A stretch of 64,000 nt of DNA from positions 48,848-112,847 of the forward strand of contig JBBRNT010000001.1 in NCBI GenBank assembly GCA_038230095.1. Direction: 5' to 3'. The notes below the pieces were generated by a model that saw nothing but the letters and a program-made list of their open reading frames with translations, did not search any database and was not told the origin of the DNA. Shown piece after piece: positions 17,738 through 26,469 of this stretch; within the stretch, counting starts at the first letter, position 1; every line of letters begins with the position of its first letter. Made by a program: the position numbers and the translations under genes. Origin of the DNA: Candidatus Saccharimonadia bacterium (lineage in GTDB: Bacteria; Patescibacteriota; Saccharimonadia; UBA4664; JBBRNT01).

Positions 17738-18394
17738 CTAGTGCCAGCGGCTGGCTACCGAGAGGGCAGTGATAAATATGACGATAGCCAGGAGGTAACA
17801 CTGGAGCATCCAGCTCTGTAGGAAAGCTCTGACGCTTGTGGGCGTACCACTCACCTTGGCCATGTGACTGTTCACTGCGCCTTGTCTTACAAGATCTGCG
17901 GCGATAGTGCAGCCGACCAAGACGACCCTGGCCTGGTGAGATATGCCGTGAAACATAGCTTTGGCAGCAAACCAGAAGATGAACGCGTCGATGACGGTCG
18001 AGATCAGTCGGGGGCCGTGCGGTGAGCGCAGCAGTGGTCTGATGAGCCACTCCCGGAGCCAGCCGCCTTCTAGCTTAGGAGGACGCCAGTTCTTGGGTCC
18101 CTGTCCATGGAAGACCGCTAGCTGCACTTCGGCCCGGCGTTCATCTGGAACGCGAAGCTTGGATGCGTAGAAGGCCGGGTTGTCCGGTGATGGTACGACT
18201 TCGACCAGACCCTCTTGGATGGCCCACCATCGGGCTTGGCCGATGTAGACCTGCGTTGCCAGATGAGCTTGGCCTGGTGCCAGCGGACCATCTGCGGCCA
18301 GGAGCAGGGCAAGCGAGTGACGATCACGCTTGGTCAGGTAGTGCGGCGACTCGGGCTGTGAGGTGGTGGCTAGTGGGGTAATGGTGTCGGGCAT
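17738..18394 (-). CDS. hypothetical protein with C-terminal TM helices (219 aa)
   Basis: The start is chosen at MPDTITPL, which has RBS aaggag. The track ORF extends to 18457. Confidence 0.45.
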   Translation of the reverse strand: MPDTITPLATTSQPESPHYLTKRDRHSLALLLAADGPLAPGQAHLATQVYIGQARWWAIQEGLVEVVPSPDNPAFYASKLRVPDERRAEVQLAVFHGQGPKNWRPPKLEGGWLREWLIRPLLRSPHGPRLISTVIDAFIFWFAAKAMFHGISHQARVVLVGCTIAADLVRQGAVNSHMAKVSGTPTSVRAFLQSWMLQCYLLAIVIFITALSVASRWH

Positions 18395-18495
18395 GGTGCT
18401 CCTTGGACGAGTAGGCCTTGGTACGGCAGTTATAGCATTATTGTTTACGAATAACAACGAGGCCTCTTGTGAAGTGTTAATGCTACAATCAGGAT

Positions 18496-19524
18496 ATGGA
18501 ACTGATCGAGATTACAGATAAAGCCCAGTGGGATGCCCTAGTCCAGACATCGGCCTTTGGCCACCCGCTCCAGCTCTGGGGCTGGGGTGAACTAAAGCGT
18601 ACCGGCGGCTGGTGGCCGTACCGTGTAGCAGTCATGGACGGCAGTAGGCTAGTGGCGGCAGCACAAATCCTGATGCTACCCATACCTGGTCTACTGGGGC
18701 GCGTAGCCTATTCGCCACGCGGACCGGTGATGGACCCGGAATGCGCTCAGGCGGCCGAGGCACTAGTGCCGATAACCCAATTTGCTAGGGCGCAACGGGC
18801 TCTGTTTCTTACCCTGGAGCCGGCTTGGCAGCGGTTTGATTGGCCTAAGCGCTGGCGCAAGTCCCGCGAGCATGTGCTTATGGCAGAGACCTTCACTATT
18901 AACCTGAAGTTGGAAGAAGACCAGCTGCTGGCAGCGATGCGGCCCAAAACGCGGCAGTATATTCGCAAGGCGGATACAGATGGAGTCAAGATTGTTCAGG
19001 ATAAGGTAGGGCAGTACTTTGAGGACTTCTGGCGCATCTACTCCGATACGGCCAAACGAGCCAAGTTTGGGCTGCATGCCAAGGAGTACTACGCGAAGCT
19101 CTGGGCAGAGATGGGCGAGAACAATCTGGTAATCTACGCGCTCGTAGATGGCAAGCCCGAGGCGTTTCTATGGCTGGCGTGTGCCGGCACAGTGGCGTTT
19201 GAGCTGTACGGCGGCGTAACCGAGAAAGGCGCCTTACACAAGGCCAACTACAATCTGAAATGGCAGGCTATACAGGTAACTAAGGCCAAAGGCTATCTGG
19301 TCTATGACTTCAACGGCCGGCTCAACGATGGTGTGTCGCAGTTTAAGGTGGGTTTTGGGCCTAAGGAAATGAACTACATAGGCTCTTTTGATCTGGCATT
19401 TAACCCCGGACGCTATGCACTGTGGCACAGTGTGCTACCCGTGGCCAAGCAGGTGGGCCGCCGGATGCGCAATCTGAAGACAGAGCGTAAGGATAAGAAG
19501 ACCCAGAAAGCTGATCTGTCGTGA
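18496..19524 (+). CDS. FemAB-family peptidoglycan interpeptide-bridge aminoacyltransferase
   Basis: The FemABX fold is indicated by MELIEI..QWDALV...HPLQLWGWGELK. The length is 342 aa. Confidence 0.75.
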   Translation: MELIEITDKAQWDALVQTSAFGHPLQLWGWGELKRTGGWWPYRVAVMDGSRLVAAAQILMLPIPGLLGRVAYSPRGPVMDPECAQAAEALVPITQFARAQRALFLTLEPAWQRFDWPKRWRKSREHVLMAETFTINLKLEEDQLLAAMRPKTRQYIRKADTDGVKIVQDKVGQYFEDFWRIYSDTAKRAKFGLHAKEYYAKLWAEMGENNLVIYALVDGKPEAFLWLACAGTVAFELYGGVTEKGALHKANYNLKWQAIQVTKAKGYLVYDFNGRLNDGVSQFKVGFGPKEMNYIGSFDLAFNPGRYALWHSVLPVAKQVGRRMRNLKTERKDKKTQKADLS

Positions 19525-20570
19525 GACAAGAGGCAACGGCTGACCAGATTGAGCGCTGGGATGAGCTGGTAGCAGCTAATCCAGATGGAGGCAATGTGCT
19601 GCAGTCCAGAGTATTTGCCGAGGTAAAGGCCCGTACCGGCTGGAAGCCCCGCTTCTTCATCTATGACTTATCCGGAGTCCAGGTAGCTGTACTGTACCTG
19701 ACTCAGCAAATCCCCGTACTGGGACAGATCTGGTATGCCCCGAAGGGCCCAGGTGTGGCTACAGTGGAACAGCTAGCTAGTTTTACCAAGGCCAATCTGG
19801 GGCTACCGGCATTCCTGGTTAAGATTGAGCCGGAACTGCGGGTGGATCCGAAAGTCCTGAAACAACTACAATCGCCCAAGCTAGGCGTGGTAAAGGCACC
19901 ACGGGACATACAGCTAAATGTAGCAACTGTGATTGTGGACCTAGCGGCAACCGAAGAAGACATACTGAACTCATTTAAGCAGAAGACCAGGTACAATGTG
20001 CGGCTAGCTGAGAAAAAAGGCGTGACCGTTGAGGCGGTTGAGGCAACGGATGCCAACTGCCAGACTATGTATGACCTGATGAAAGCAACGCGTGACCGGG
20101 CAGGGTTCTTTCTGCGGGATTATGGCTATTTCTCACATTTCTGGCAGAGTCACCAGATGGCCTGGCGCGGGCAACTCTTCTTTGCCCACTATGAGGGCCA
20201 GGTGCTAGCGGGGGACTTTGCTACCTACTTAGGCGGTAAGGGGCTGTACAAAGACGGTGGGTCAATCCGCGCCCATTCGGAGCTGCAGGCGCCCTACCTA
20301 CTGCAGTGGCGGGTAATGCAGTGGCTGAAGGAACATGGCGTAACCGAGTACGACCTGCATGGCACGCCACCCGCAAGCGAGATAGAGAACCCCAACCACC
20401 CATTTGCCGGCTTAGCCAGATTCAAAACAGGCTTTAATGCTGAAATTACCCAGTTTATAGGTACCTACGACCAGGTACTAGACGTACGCAAGTACGCTAT
20501 CTGGAACCGGCTGGGTGAGCGCATTGTGACCGGCGTGAGCCGACGGGTGAAGAACCGGCTGTTTTACTAA
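19521..20570 (+). CDS. FemAB-family aminoacyltransferase, tandem paralog
   Basis: The GTG start overlaps the previous stop (gtGTGa). The domain organisation is the same. Confidence 0.75.
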   Translation: MRQEATADQIERWDELVAANPDGGNVLQSRVFAEVKARTGWKPRFFIYDLSGVQVAVLYLTQQIPVLGQIWYAPKGPGVATVEQLASFTKANLGLPAFLVKIEPELRVDPKVLKQLQSPKLGVVKAPRDIQLNVATVIVDLAATEEDILNSFKQKTRYNVRLAEKKGVTVEAVEATDANCQTMYDLMKATRDRAGFFLRDYGYFSHFWQSHQMAWRGQLFFAHYEGQVLAGDFATYLGGKGLYKDGGSIRAHSELQAPYLLQWRVMQWLKEHGVTEYDLHGTPPASEIENPNHPFAGLARFKTGFNAEITQFIGTYDQVLDVRKYAIWNRLGERIVTGVSRRVKNRLFY

Positions 20571-20589
20571 CCCGGGATGTATCAAAAAG

Positions 20590-20613
20590 AAAAGCCCCCG
20601 AAGGGGCTTTTTG
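20590..20613. terminator. bidirectional terminator between convergent fem and winged-helix operons (aagcccccgaaggggctt + T-runs on both sides)
   Basis: A perfect 7-bp GC stem is flanked by aaaag on one side and ttttt on the other. Confidence 0.75.
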
Positions 20614-20630
20614 CCTTTCGGGGACGGTGG

Positions 20631-21077
20631 CTAGGTTTGATCTGAGCGCTTGGAGCGCGCTGGGCTGACGATGATGGTGGTATCGCAGCAAGGGCAGACA
20701 ACGAACTGCTTTATGCCGGCAGCACGGCGCCGGTGGCGGAGGTGAGTACTACGGACTATCTGGTGGATGGTGACGTGGATGGCTGTAGGGTCGAGACGGT
20801 AGCCAACACTCCTGACCGCTTCTACCGACATGATTGGCTGGGGGAGTTGGGCGTTGATCTGGTCGCGGATGCGGCAAACCAGGACACGGATGGAGCTACG
20901 CACGTACTGCGGCTCACTATCCCAGACCTGGTGCGCGATCTGCTTGAAGGTAAAGACGCGCCCAGGGGACGTGGCCAGAAGCGCTAGCAGATTGAACTGC
21001 AGGTGAGCGAACCGGATTGGTAGCCCGTCCAGCGTGACGGTACGGTCGTCCAGGTCAATAACCAGTCGCGCGGTCAT
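20631..21077 (-). CDS. stand-alone winged-helix DNA-binding protein (OmpR/PhoB C-terminal 'trans_reg_C'-like) with Cys-containing C-terminal tail
   Basis: The core LDGLPIRFAHLQFNLLALLATSPGRVFTFKQIAHQVW...IRVLVCRIRDQI...VRSVGYRL matches the OmpR effector-domain pattern. The tail is VVCPCCDTTII. The start is at MTARLVI, ATGA-coupled to the upstream gene. Confidence 0.65.
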   Translation of the reverse strand: MTARLVIDLDDRTVTLDGLPIRFAHLQFNLLALLATSPGRVFTFKQIAHQVWDSEPQYVRSSIRVLVCRIRDQINAQLPQPIMSVEAVRSVGYRLDPTAIHVTIHQIVRSTHLRHRRRAAGIKQFVVCPCCDTTIIVSPARSKRSDQT

Positions 21078-21484
21078 GACGGCACTTGGTGATCCTGCGC
21101 GAAGAAGCCATAACCGCAGCGAGGGCAACGGACGTGATCCTGGGGTAGACCGACAATGATCTGTGCGGGTGACCCAATGATCTCAATTTGCTCGGCGCCC
21201 AGCAACATGATCTGGCCTACCCCGTGTACTGTATCGATGATCTGGCGCTGCTTGGCGGTATCGCCCAGCTTGCGGCGCAGGTTCGACAGATGGGTTTTTG
21301 CCAGGCTCAATGAGGTTTGCTTGCTTGCATGGATGCAATAACGGATCTGATCGTTGGTGATGAGGCGGCTGGGGTTGAAAGCAAGCAGGCCCAGGATACT
21401 GAGCTCGGTGGGCGTAACTGCGACAAGCCGTCCATCGAGAGTGACCCGGTGGCTATTGCAGTTGATGATCAATCTAGTGGTCAT
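21074..21484 (-). CDS. stand-alone winged-helix DNA-binding protein (OmpR C-terminal-like), paralog, with CPRCGYGFF tail
   Basis: The core is LDGRLVAVTPTELSILGLLAFNPSRLITNDQI...LSNLRRKL..IDTVHGVGQ. The start is at MTTRLII, which has RBS aaggat. Confidence 0.6.
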   Translation of the reverse strand: MTTRLIINCNSHRVTLDGRLVAVTPTELSILGLLAFNPSRLITNDQIRYCIHASKQTSLSLAKTHLSNLRRKLGDTAKQRQIIDTVHGVGQIMLLGAEQIEIIGSPAQIIVGLPQDHVRCPRCGYGFFAQDHQVPS

Positions 21485-21619
21485 AGTGATCCTTAGATGT
21501 GAAGGTACGGATAATCGGTGACTGTACAATATTACTCTTGGAATTTCAAGCATAGCCGAGTTCAATATAGGCGATGGTGGTGTAAGATAGAGGGGCAATT
21601 ATTATCTGGAGAAGCCACC

Positions 21620-22930
21620 GTGAAATCATTTCGTAAACTGGTTAAAGCCCTAATTCCGCACGCACTATTTGCCCGTGTGGAGCCCTGGGGCCATCTGGCT
21701 GAAACATTCCTTATGAATGTCTGGTACGGCTTTCCTGCCCGCGGTATGAAGATAATTGGCGTGACGGGTACAGACGGTAAGACAACTACCTCGACCTGGA
21801 TATACACGATGCTGAACGACGCCGGTATTAAAACTGGCTTAATGACCACTATTGGCTATGGTACTCCTGAGAACTGGAGCCCAAACTACGTCCATATGAC
21901 CAGCGTGCCAGCGGGCATGCTTATGCGCCGGCTACGTGATCTGAAGCACCGCGGCGTAGAGTGGGTGGTACTAGAAACCACTAGCCATGCGCTAGCCCAG
22001 AACCGGGTGTGGGGTGTGCCGTACAGCCTAGCCGTGATGACCAATGTGACGCATGAGCACCTGGACTACCACAAGACATTTGACCGCTACCGGATGGCCA
22101 AGCTGCGCCTTTTCGACAAAGTGGCCGAGAACCGGCTTGGGCTGCAGATGGGGATTGTGAATGCCGATGACCCAAGCGCAGAGCTATTTGCGGGCGCTAT
22201 CCAGGAGACGATACGCTACGGGCTGAAGGCTGGTGAGCTGAAAGCTACTAGCATTACCAGTAATGCCCAGGGTAGTAGCTTCACTGCCACCTATAAGGGG
22301 CAGAAATATAGCCTGAAGACGCATCTACCCGGCGAATTTAACGTCTACAATGCCCTAGCTGTGATCGGAGTAGGCCTAGCGCTCGAACTTACGCCTAAGC
22401 AAATAGAACGCGGCATAGGGGCTCTGGAGAGCGTAGAAGGGCGTATGAATCGCGTGGATGAGGGCCAAGACTACGGCGTGATCGTGGACTTTGCCCATAC
22501 ACCTGATAGCTTTGAGAAAATCCTATCTGATTTCCGTAAGCTAACCACTGGCCGACTGATTGTGTTGTTTGGGTCCGCAGGACGGCGGGATGAGACCAAG
22601 CGGGCCAAGCAAGGTGCGTCCGCTGGTAAGTACGGTGATCTGGTAGTTGTTACTGAGGAAGACGATCGTGACATAGATGGCGATCTGATAATGGGGATGA
22701 TTGCCAGTGGCGCCGAGGAGCAAGGTAAGGTGAAGGGGAAAGACCTGTACCTGATCCATGACCGGACGGAGGCAATCCAGTTTGCGGTTGATCAGGCGCA
22801 GAAGGGTGACACGGTGCTACTGCTTGGTAAGGGACATGAGAAGACGATTGAGGGGAAAGATGGGGAGCGGCCGTGGGATGAGCTGGGTGAGGCGCGGGCA
22901 GCTATTCACAAGCGTCTGAAGCGCGGATAA
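21620..22930 (+). CDS. murE: Mur ligase family protein, probable UDP-MurNAc-tripeptide ligase (MurE-type) lacking the usual N-terminal domain
   Basis: The P-loop is IIGVTGTDGKTTT. MurE-like motifs are ETTSHALAQNRV and NVTHEHLDYHKTFDRYRMAKLRLF. The GTG start has RBS ggagaag. Confidence 0.65.
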   Translation: MKSFRKLVKALIPHALFARVEPWGHLAETFLMNVWYGFPARGMKIIGVTGTDGKTTTSTWIYTMLNDAGIKTGLMTTIGYGTPENWSPNYVHMTSVPAGMLMRRLRDLKHRGVEWVVLETTSHALAQNRVWGVPYSLAVMTNVTHEHLDYHKTFDRYRMAKLRLFDKVAENRLGLQMGIVNADDPSAELFAGAIQETIRYGLKAGELKATSITSNAQGSSFTATYKGQKYSLKTHLPGEFNVYNALAVIGVGLALELTPKQIERGIGALESVEGRMNRVDEGQDYGVIVDFAHTPDSFEKILSDFRKLTTGRLIVLFGSAGRRDETKRAKQGASAGKYGDLVVVTEEDDRDIDGDLIMGMIASGAEEQGKVKGKDLYLIHDRTEAIQFAVDQAQKGDTVLLLGKGHEKTIEGKDGERPWDELGEARAAIHKRLKRG

Positions 22931-22950
22931 CACTGTCTGATCTGCCACAA

Positions 22951-22975
22951 GGCCCCTCCGGGGGTCTTTTTGCTC
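22951..22975 (+). terminator. rho-independent terminator (ggcccctccgggggtc + ttttt)
   Basis: A hairpin is followed by a T-run. Confidence 0.75.
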
Positions 22976-23027
22976 CCAGTGAGGGCGGAGGGAAAGGGAA
23001 GTGGTTATGATTGAAATATGGTGTGGT

Positions 23028-23053
23028 GCGTGGCATAATCTGCCTCACTTGTC
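23028..23053 (+). promoter_or_regulatory. sigma70-like promoter TTGAAA-17-CATAAT (extended TGgCATAAT)
   Basis: The hexamers have 17-nt spacing. The same TGGCATAAT -10 recurs at 37123. Confidence 0.5.
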
Positions 23054-23204
23054 AGCTACTGTCAGGAGTACCTATGACATCCAAAGTCCAGATGATGCAG
23101 GCGGCCAGGTCGGTCGTAGGCCTCATAAGCGTCCAGATTGTTCCACCAAAAACGCTCAGTTACCGCCAGCTAGATCTGATGATCCTAGAAAATGGGGTTG
23201 TGTC

Positions 23205-23531
23205 ATGAGTGACATTGCCGAGATGGCCAAAGAAATGGGCCGAGCCATCCGACTGGCAGATTGGTCGGCAGCAAGCCGTATCAAGGATGAGCTCTTGCGA
23301 GAGATTGATAGCTTGTCTGGGGATGATGCGCACGAACTGGAGCGCTACGCCGAGCCGCTTCTGAACGCTTCAGCCGGAGGAAATACCGCCGAGTCGCTAG
23401 CGCTGTGCCTGGCACTAGCTGCTCACGCTGTGCGCATTGATGCTCGACGAAACGACTTCTATGGTGCCGGGTTCGAGGTGGGGATGGACATTGCAAAGCG
23501 TGCTGATAACGCTGCTCCAATCTGGAACTGA
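23205..23531 (+). CDS. hypothetical protein (108 aa)
   Basis: The start is chosen at MSDIAEMAKE. The track ORF from 23001 would overlap the promoter. Confidence 0.45.
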   Translation: MSDIAEMAKEMGRAIRLADWSAASRIKDELLREIDSLSGDDAHELERYAEPLLNASAGGNTAESLALCLALAAHAVRIDARRNDFYGAGFEVGMDIAKRADNAAPIWN

Positions 23532-23575
23532 ATACATATAAACCCGCCGTAAGGCCCGAACCCCAAAGGGGCGTA

Positions 23576-24304
23576 ATGTCAGCAAGATTAACGGCAATAG
23601 ATGGTCCAGCCAACGCTGGCAAGTCCACCCTAGCGGCTGAGTTAGCCAAGCGACTTGGAGTGGCCATTGTGAACACGGGCAGTATTTACCGCATTGGTGG
23701 ATACCTGGCTCACGGCGAAGGACTAGACCTAACGAATGATGCAACATGCGCAGAGTTCTTCGCAGGGCTTGATCTATACCTGGCCAATGGCCTAATCCTG
23801 GTCAACGGCGAGGACTTCAGCTCACAGCTCCGAAGCCCCCAGGCAAGCGTGCTGTCCAAGGCGGTAGCCAAGCTGCCGTCCGTGCGCGAGGTGGTGCGAG
23901 GAGTTCAAAGGCTTTTTGTGGAGCAGGCGGGTGGCCGGGCGGTGGTAGAGGGCCGCGACATTGGCACGGTAGTCTTCCCCGAGGCTGATTTGAAGCTCTG
24001 GCTCGATGCCTCTCCAGCGTGCCGAGAATACAGGGCCTACCGGGTGCAATTGGCACGCGGAAGCAGTCCGGAAGTGGCACGTGAGGAAGCCCGCCGCATC
24101 ATGGCCCGCGATGCGGAGGATGCGGAGCGGCACCACTCACCCATGGTCGCACCGACCGACGCCATTACCTTCATGAACGAGTTCATGACGACCGAGGAGG
24201 CCGTGGAGACATTGCACGGCATTGCGCTGCTACCTGCCCGCGCCAGACCCAGTAGAGTGTCTGCTAGGCGAGTGGGTGGCCGCATCTACTTGGAGCAACA
24301 GTAA
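23576..24304 (+). CDS. cmk: cytidylate kinase
   Basis: The N-terminus is IDGPANAGKST...GRDIGTVVFPEADLKLWLDASPACRE. Confidence 0.8.
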   Translation: MSARLTAIDGPANAGKSTLAAELAKRLGVAIVNTGSIYRIGGYLAHGEGLDLTNDATCAEFFAGLDLYLANGLILVNGEDFSSQLRSPQASVLSKAVAKLPSVREVVRGVQRLFVEQAGGRAVVEGRDIGTVVFPEADLKLWLDASPACREYRAYRVQLARGSSPEVAREEARRIMARDAEDAERHHSPMVAPTDAITFMNEFMTTEEAVETLHGIALLPARARPSRVSARRVGGRIYLEQQ

Positions 24305-24317
24305 AGCTCGCTATACT

Positions 24318-24351
24318 GGCCCCGGATTTCGATCCGGGGCCTTTTCTTTTT
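24318..24351 (+). terminator. terminator (ggccccggatttcgatccggggcc + ttttcttttt)
   Basis: A 10-bp stem is followed by a T-run. Confidence 0.75.
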
Positions 24352-24454
24352 CCATATTTGTTACGCTTGAGTTCTCGAAAAGAAGATGGTTTAATGCAGT
24401 ATCCTTCGGGAGAACCTAGACCCGGCCACCTGGCCCTGACCCCAAGGGGTAGAC

Positions 24455-25123
24455 TTGTTCACAGTAGTGATCGATGGACCCGCAGGTGCGGGCAAGGGCA
24501 CCCTAGTGCGCTACCTGGTAAAGCTGCTCGGAGAGCGAACTGGTGCAGCGTGGCGGCCGCTGGATACTGGCTCGGCCTACAGAGCAGTGGGAGTGGCCGC
24601 GCACTTGTTGGGGACGCCCATGACTGATGTTGTGGACCTGACATACCTGGCTGCTGCGGTGCAGTTTGATCCGGAGACGGGTGTAGCCTACGCAGTTGGC
24701 GAGACCGCTGTCGGACACCTAATTCGGAGCCCAGAAGCCAGCGAATGGTCCTCCAAGGTAGCGGTAATCCCGCAGGTTCGTCTGGCGGTGAATAAACGGT
24801 TTCATGCCTTTGCGGCCGAGACCAACATTGTGGGTGATGGCCGTGATCTGGGTAGTGTGGTCTTTCCAGACGCATTGCTCAAGGTATACCTGACTGCCAG
24901 CCCTCGAGCGAGGGCAGAACGGCGAACGGCCGAGACCGAGGGAGCGACGGATATTGCCCAGATAGAAGCAGCCATTGCCGAGCGCGACTACCGCGATGCT
25001 CACCGGGCCGATGCACCCATGACCATGCAAGCCGACTACGTGCTGGTGGATACCACTGGACGGGCGGTGCAGGAATACGGTGACGAGGTAGCCACCATGG
25101 CGATTGAACGAATGAAGTACTAG
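24455..25123 (+). CDS. cmk: cytidylate kinase, tandem paralog
   Basis: The sequence is VIDGPAGAGKGT...GDGRDLGSVVFPDALLKVYLTASPRARAERR. A TTG start is inferred. Confidence 0.8.
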   Translation: MFTVVIDGPAGAGKGTLVRYLVKLLGERTGAAWRPLDTGSAYRAVGVAAHLLGTPMTDVVDLTYLAAAVQFDPETGVAYAVGETAVGHLIRSPEASEWSSKVAVIPQVRLAVNKRFHAFAAETNIVGDGRDLGSVVFPDALLKVYLTASPRARAERRTAETEGATDIAQIEAAIAERDYRDAHRADAPMTMQADYVLVDTTGRAVQEYGDEVATMAIERMKY

Positions 25124-25133
25124 TGTGTGCAGC

Positions 25134-25160
25134 GGGCCCCGGATTACCATCCGGGGCCCC
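25134..25160 (+). repeat. hairpin gggccccggattaccatccggggccc, homolog of the 24318 terminator stem
   Basis: The stem sequence is the same but it lacks a strong T-run. Confidence 0.5.
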
Positions 25161-25184
25161 TAATGTTAAATATTGTGCGTATCT

Positions 25185-25245
25185 ATTGTATTATTACAAT
25201 AATAATGCTATAATATAGCATCTTGTGAATCCAATCGGGTTTACA
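25185..25245 (+). promoter_or_regulatory. AT-rich region with two perfect palindromes (ttgtattattacaa; atgctataatatagcat) overlapping a tataat -10; candidate operator/promoter
   Basis: The inverted repeats are read directly from the sequence. Confidence 0.4.
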
Positions 25246-25291
25246 GGTAATTGAAAATTTGTTCTTTCCCGACCAGGCCCTGGAGGTCATC

Positions 25292-26368
25292 ATGTTGCGT
25301 TTCATCGTTTTCACCCTTTCAGTCGCAATTGCGATGGAGCTCTATCTGATCTACGGCGGCAACAAGTCCGGCCTGACCAACGCTTTAATTGGCATGGGTA
25401 TGGCCCTGTCACTGCTTGCGGCATGCATTGTCCTATACGGCTCCATGTCCGATAGGAAACACCAGATGCACCACGATGACACGAAGGTGGCATTCCAGTT
25501 CTACCCGGCAAACAACCCCAATGCCAAGCTGAGCTTTGTGCTCACGCCTGGCATGCTGAACTCTGGCGAGATCGTCTACCACCAGCTGGTGGGGCGGTTC
25601 ACGCAGTACGGTTCGGTGTTGGTGGTCAACTGGCCCCGCAACGGCTTCGACGGCAACGAAATTGCCGGAATAATTGCCGACAGGATGGCCTCCCAGAGCA
25701 TGGTAAACCCCATTTTCGTTGGCCAGTCGTTGGGTTCACTGATGGACATGCAGGTGATGGAGGAATACATCCGTCGCGGCAGTCCAGGTGGCCCCATCCA
25801 GGGCTTCCTAGGCGATTCCGCCTTCACTGGTGCCTACGATGCCAAGATGCCAGCCCCGCCATTCCTAGCGGATCTGATCCGTGATCTGCCGGGGCAGTCT
25901 CTGTACTGGCCAGCAATTGCCAAGGTCCAGGGTAAGTCTGGGGTCAAGAAGATGGTGCCACTGACAGAGTCGGGTGTGAACCAGGAGCTGATTGATAGCC
26001 ATGTCTCCTTCCTGAACCACAACACGTTCTACAGCGTGGCGGCCCAGGGCCGCTACATTGTGGATTTCCAGGCCCCGCCCGCGGGTGCATTTGCAGCTGT
26101 CCCGGCGCTGTTCCTGCAGACGCCGAACCTGACAGCTGCTAAGCCAGGAGACGTACTATTGCAGGAGGGGCAAGCACTGGCCCATCTGCAGCAGATCTTC
26201 CCCAACAGCACCGCCATCAATGTTGGCGGCATCCACGGCAATACCGTGGAGCGCCCAGAAGAGCACTGGGCGGCGTATGAGCCGTTCATTCAGAAGTGCC
26301 TGGCACGCCAGATGGCGAGAAGCCTCAGCCAGAACCCCAACTACGATCCGAATAGCACCGGATCCTGA
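25292..26368 (+). CDS. membrane-anchored alpha/beta-hydrolase-fold protein
   Basis: An N-terminal TM pair is present. The nucleophile elbow is GQSLG. The start at the ATG with RBS ggagg is used; the track ORF starts at 25259. Confidence 0.5.
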   Translation: MLRFIVFTLSVAIAMELYLIYGGNKSGLTNALIGMGMALSLLAACIVLYGSMSDRKHQMHHDDTKVAFQFYPANNPNAKLSFVLTPGMLNSGEIVYHQLVGRFTQYGSVLVVNWPRNGFDGNEIAGIIADRMASQSMVNPIFVGQSLGSLMDMQVMEEYIRRGSPGGPIQGFLGDSAFTGAYDAKMPAPPFLADLIRDLPGQSLYWPAIAKVQGKSGVKKMVPLTESGVNQELIDSHVSFLNHNTFYSVAAQGRYIVDFQAPPAGAFAAVPALFLQTPNLTAAKPGDVLLQEGQALAHLQQIFPNSTAINVGGIHGNTVERPEEHWAAYEPFIQKCLARQMARSLSQNPNYDPNSTGS

Positions 26369-26469
26369 TCAGTCCACCGTCCGCCCACAAGGGCCCCGTC
26401 GCAAGACGGGGCCCTTCTTGTTTGGAATTATCACACGCGTGTAGGCCGACTGTGTGGAGCCAGCGCTGG

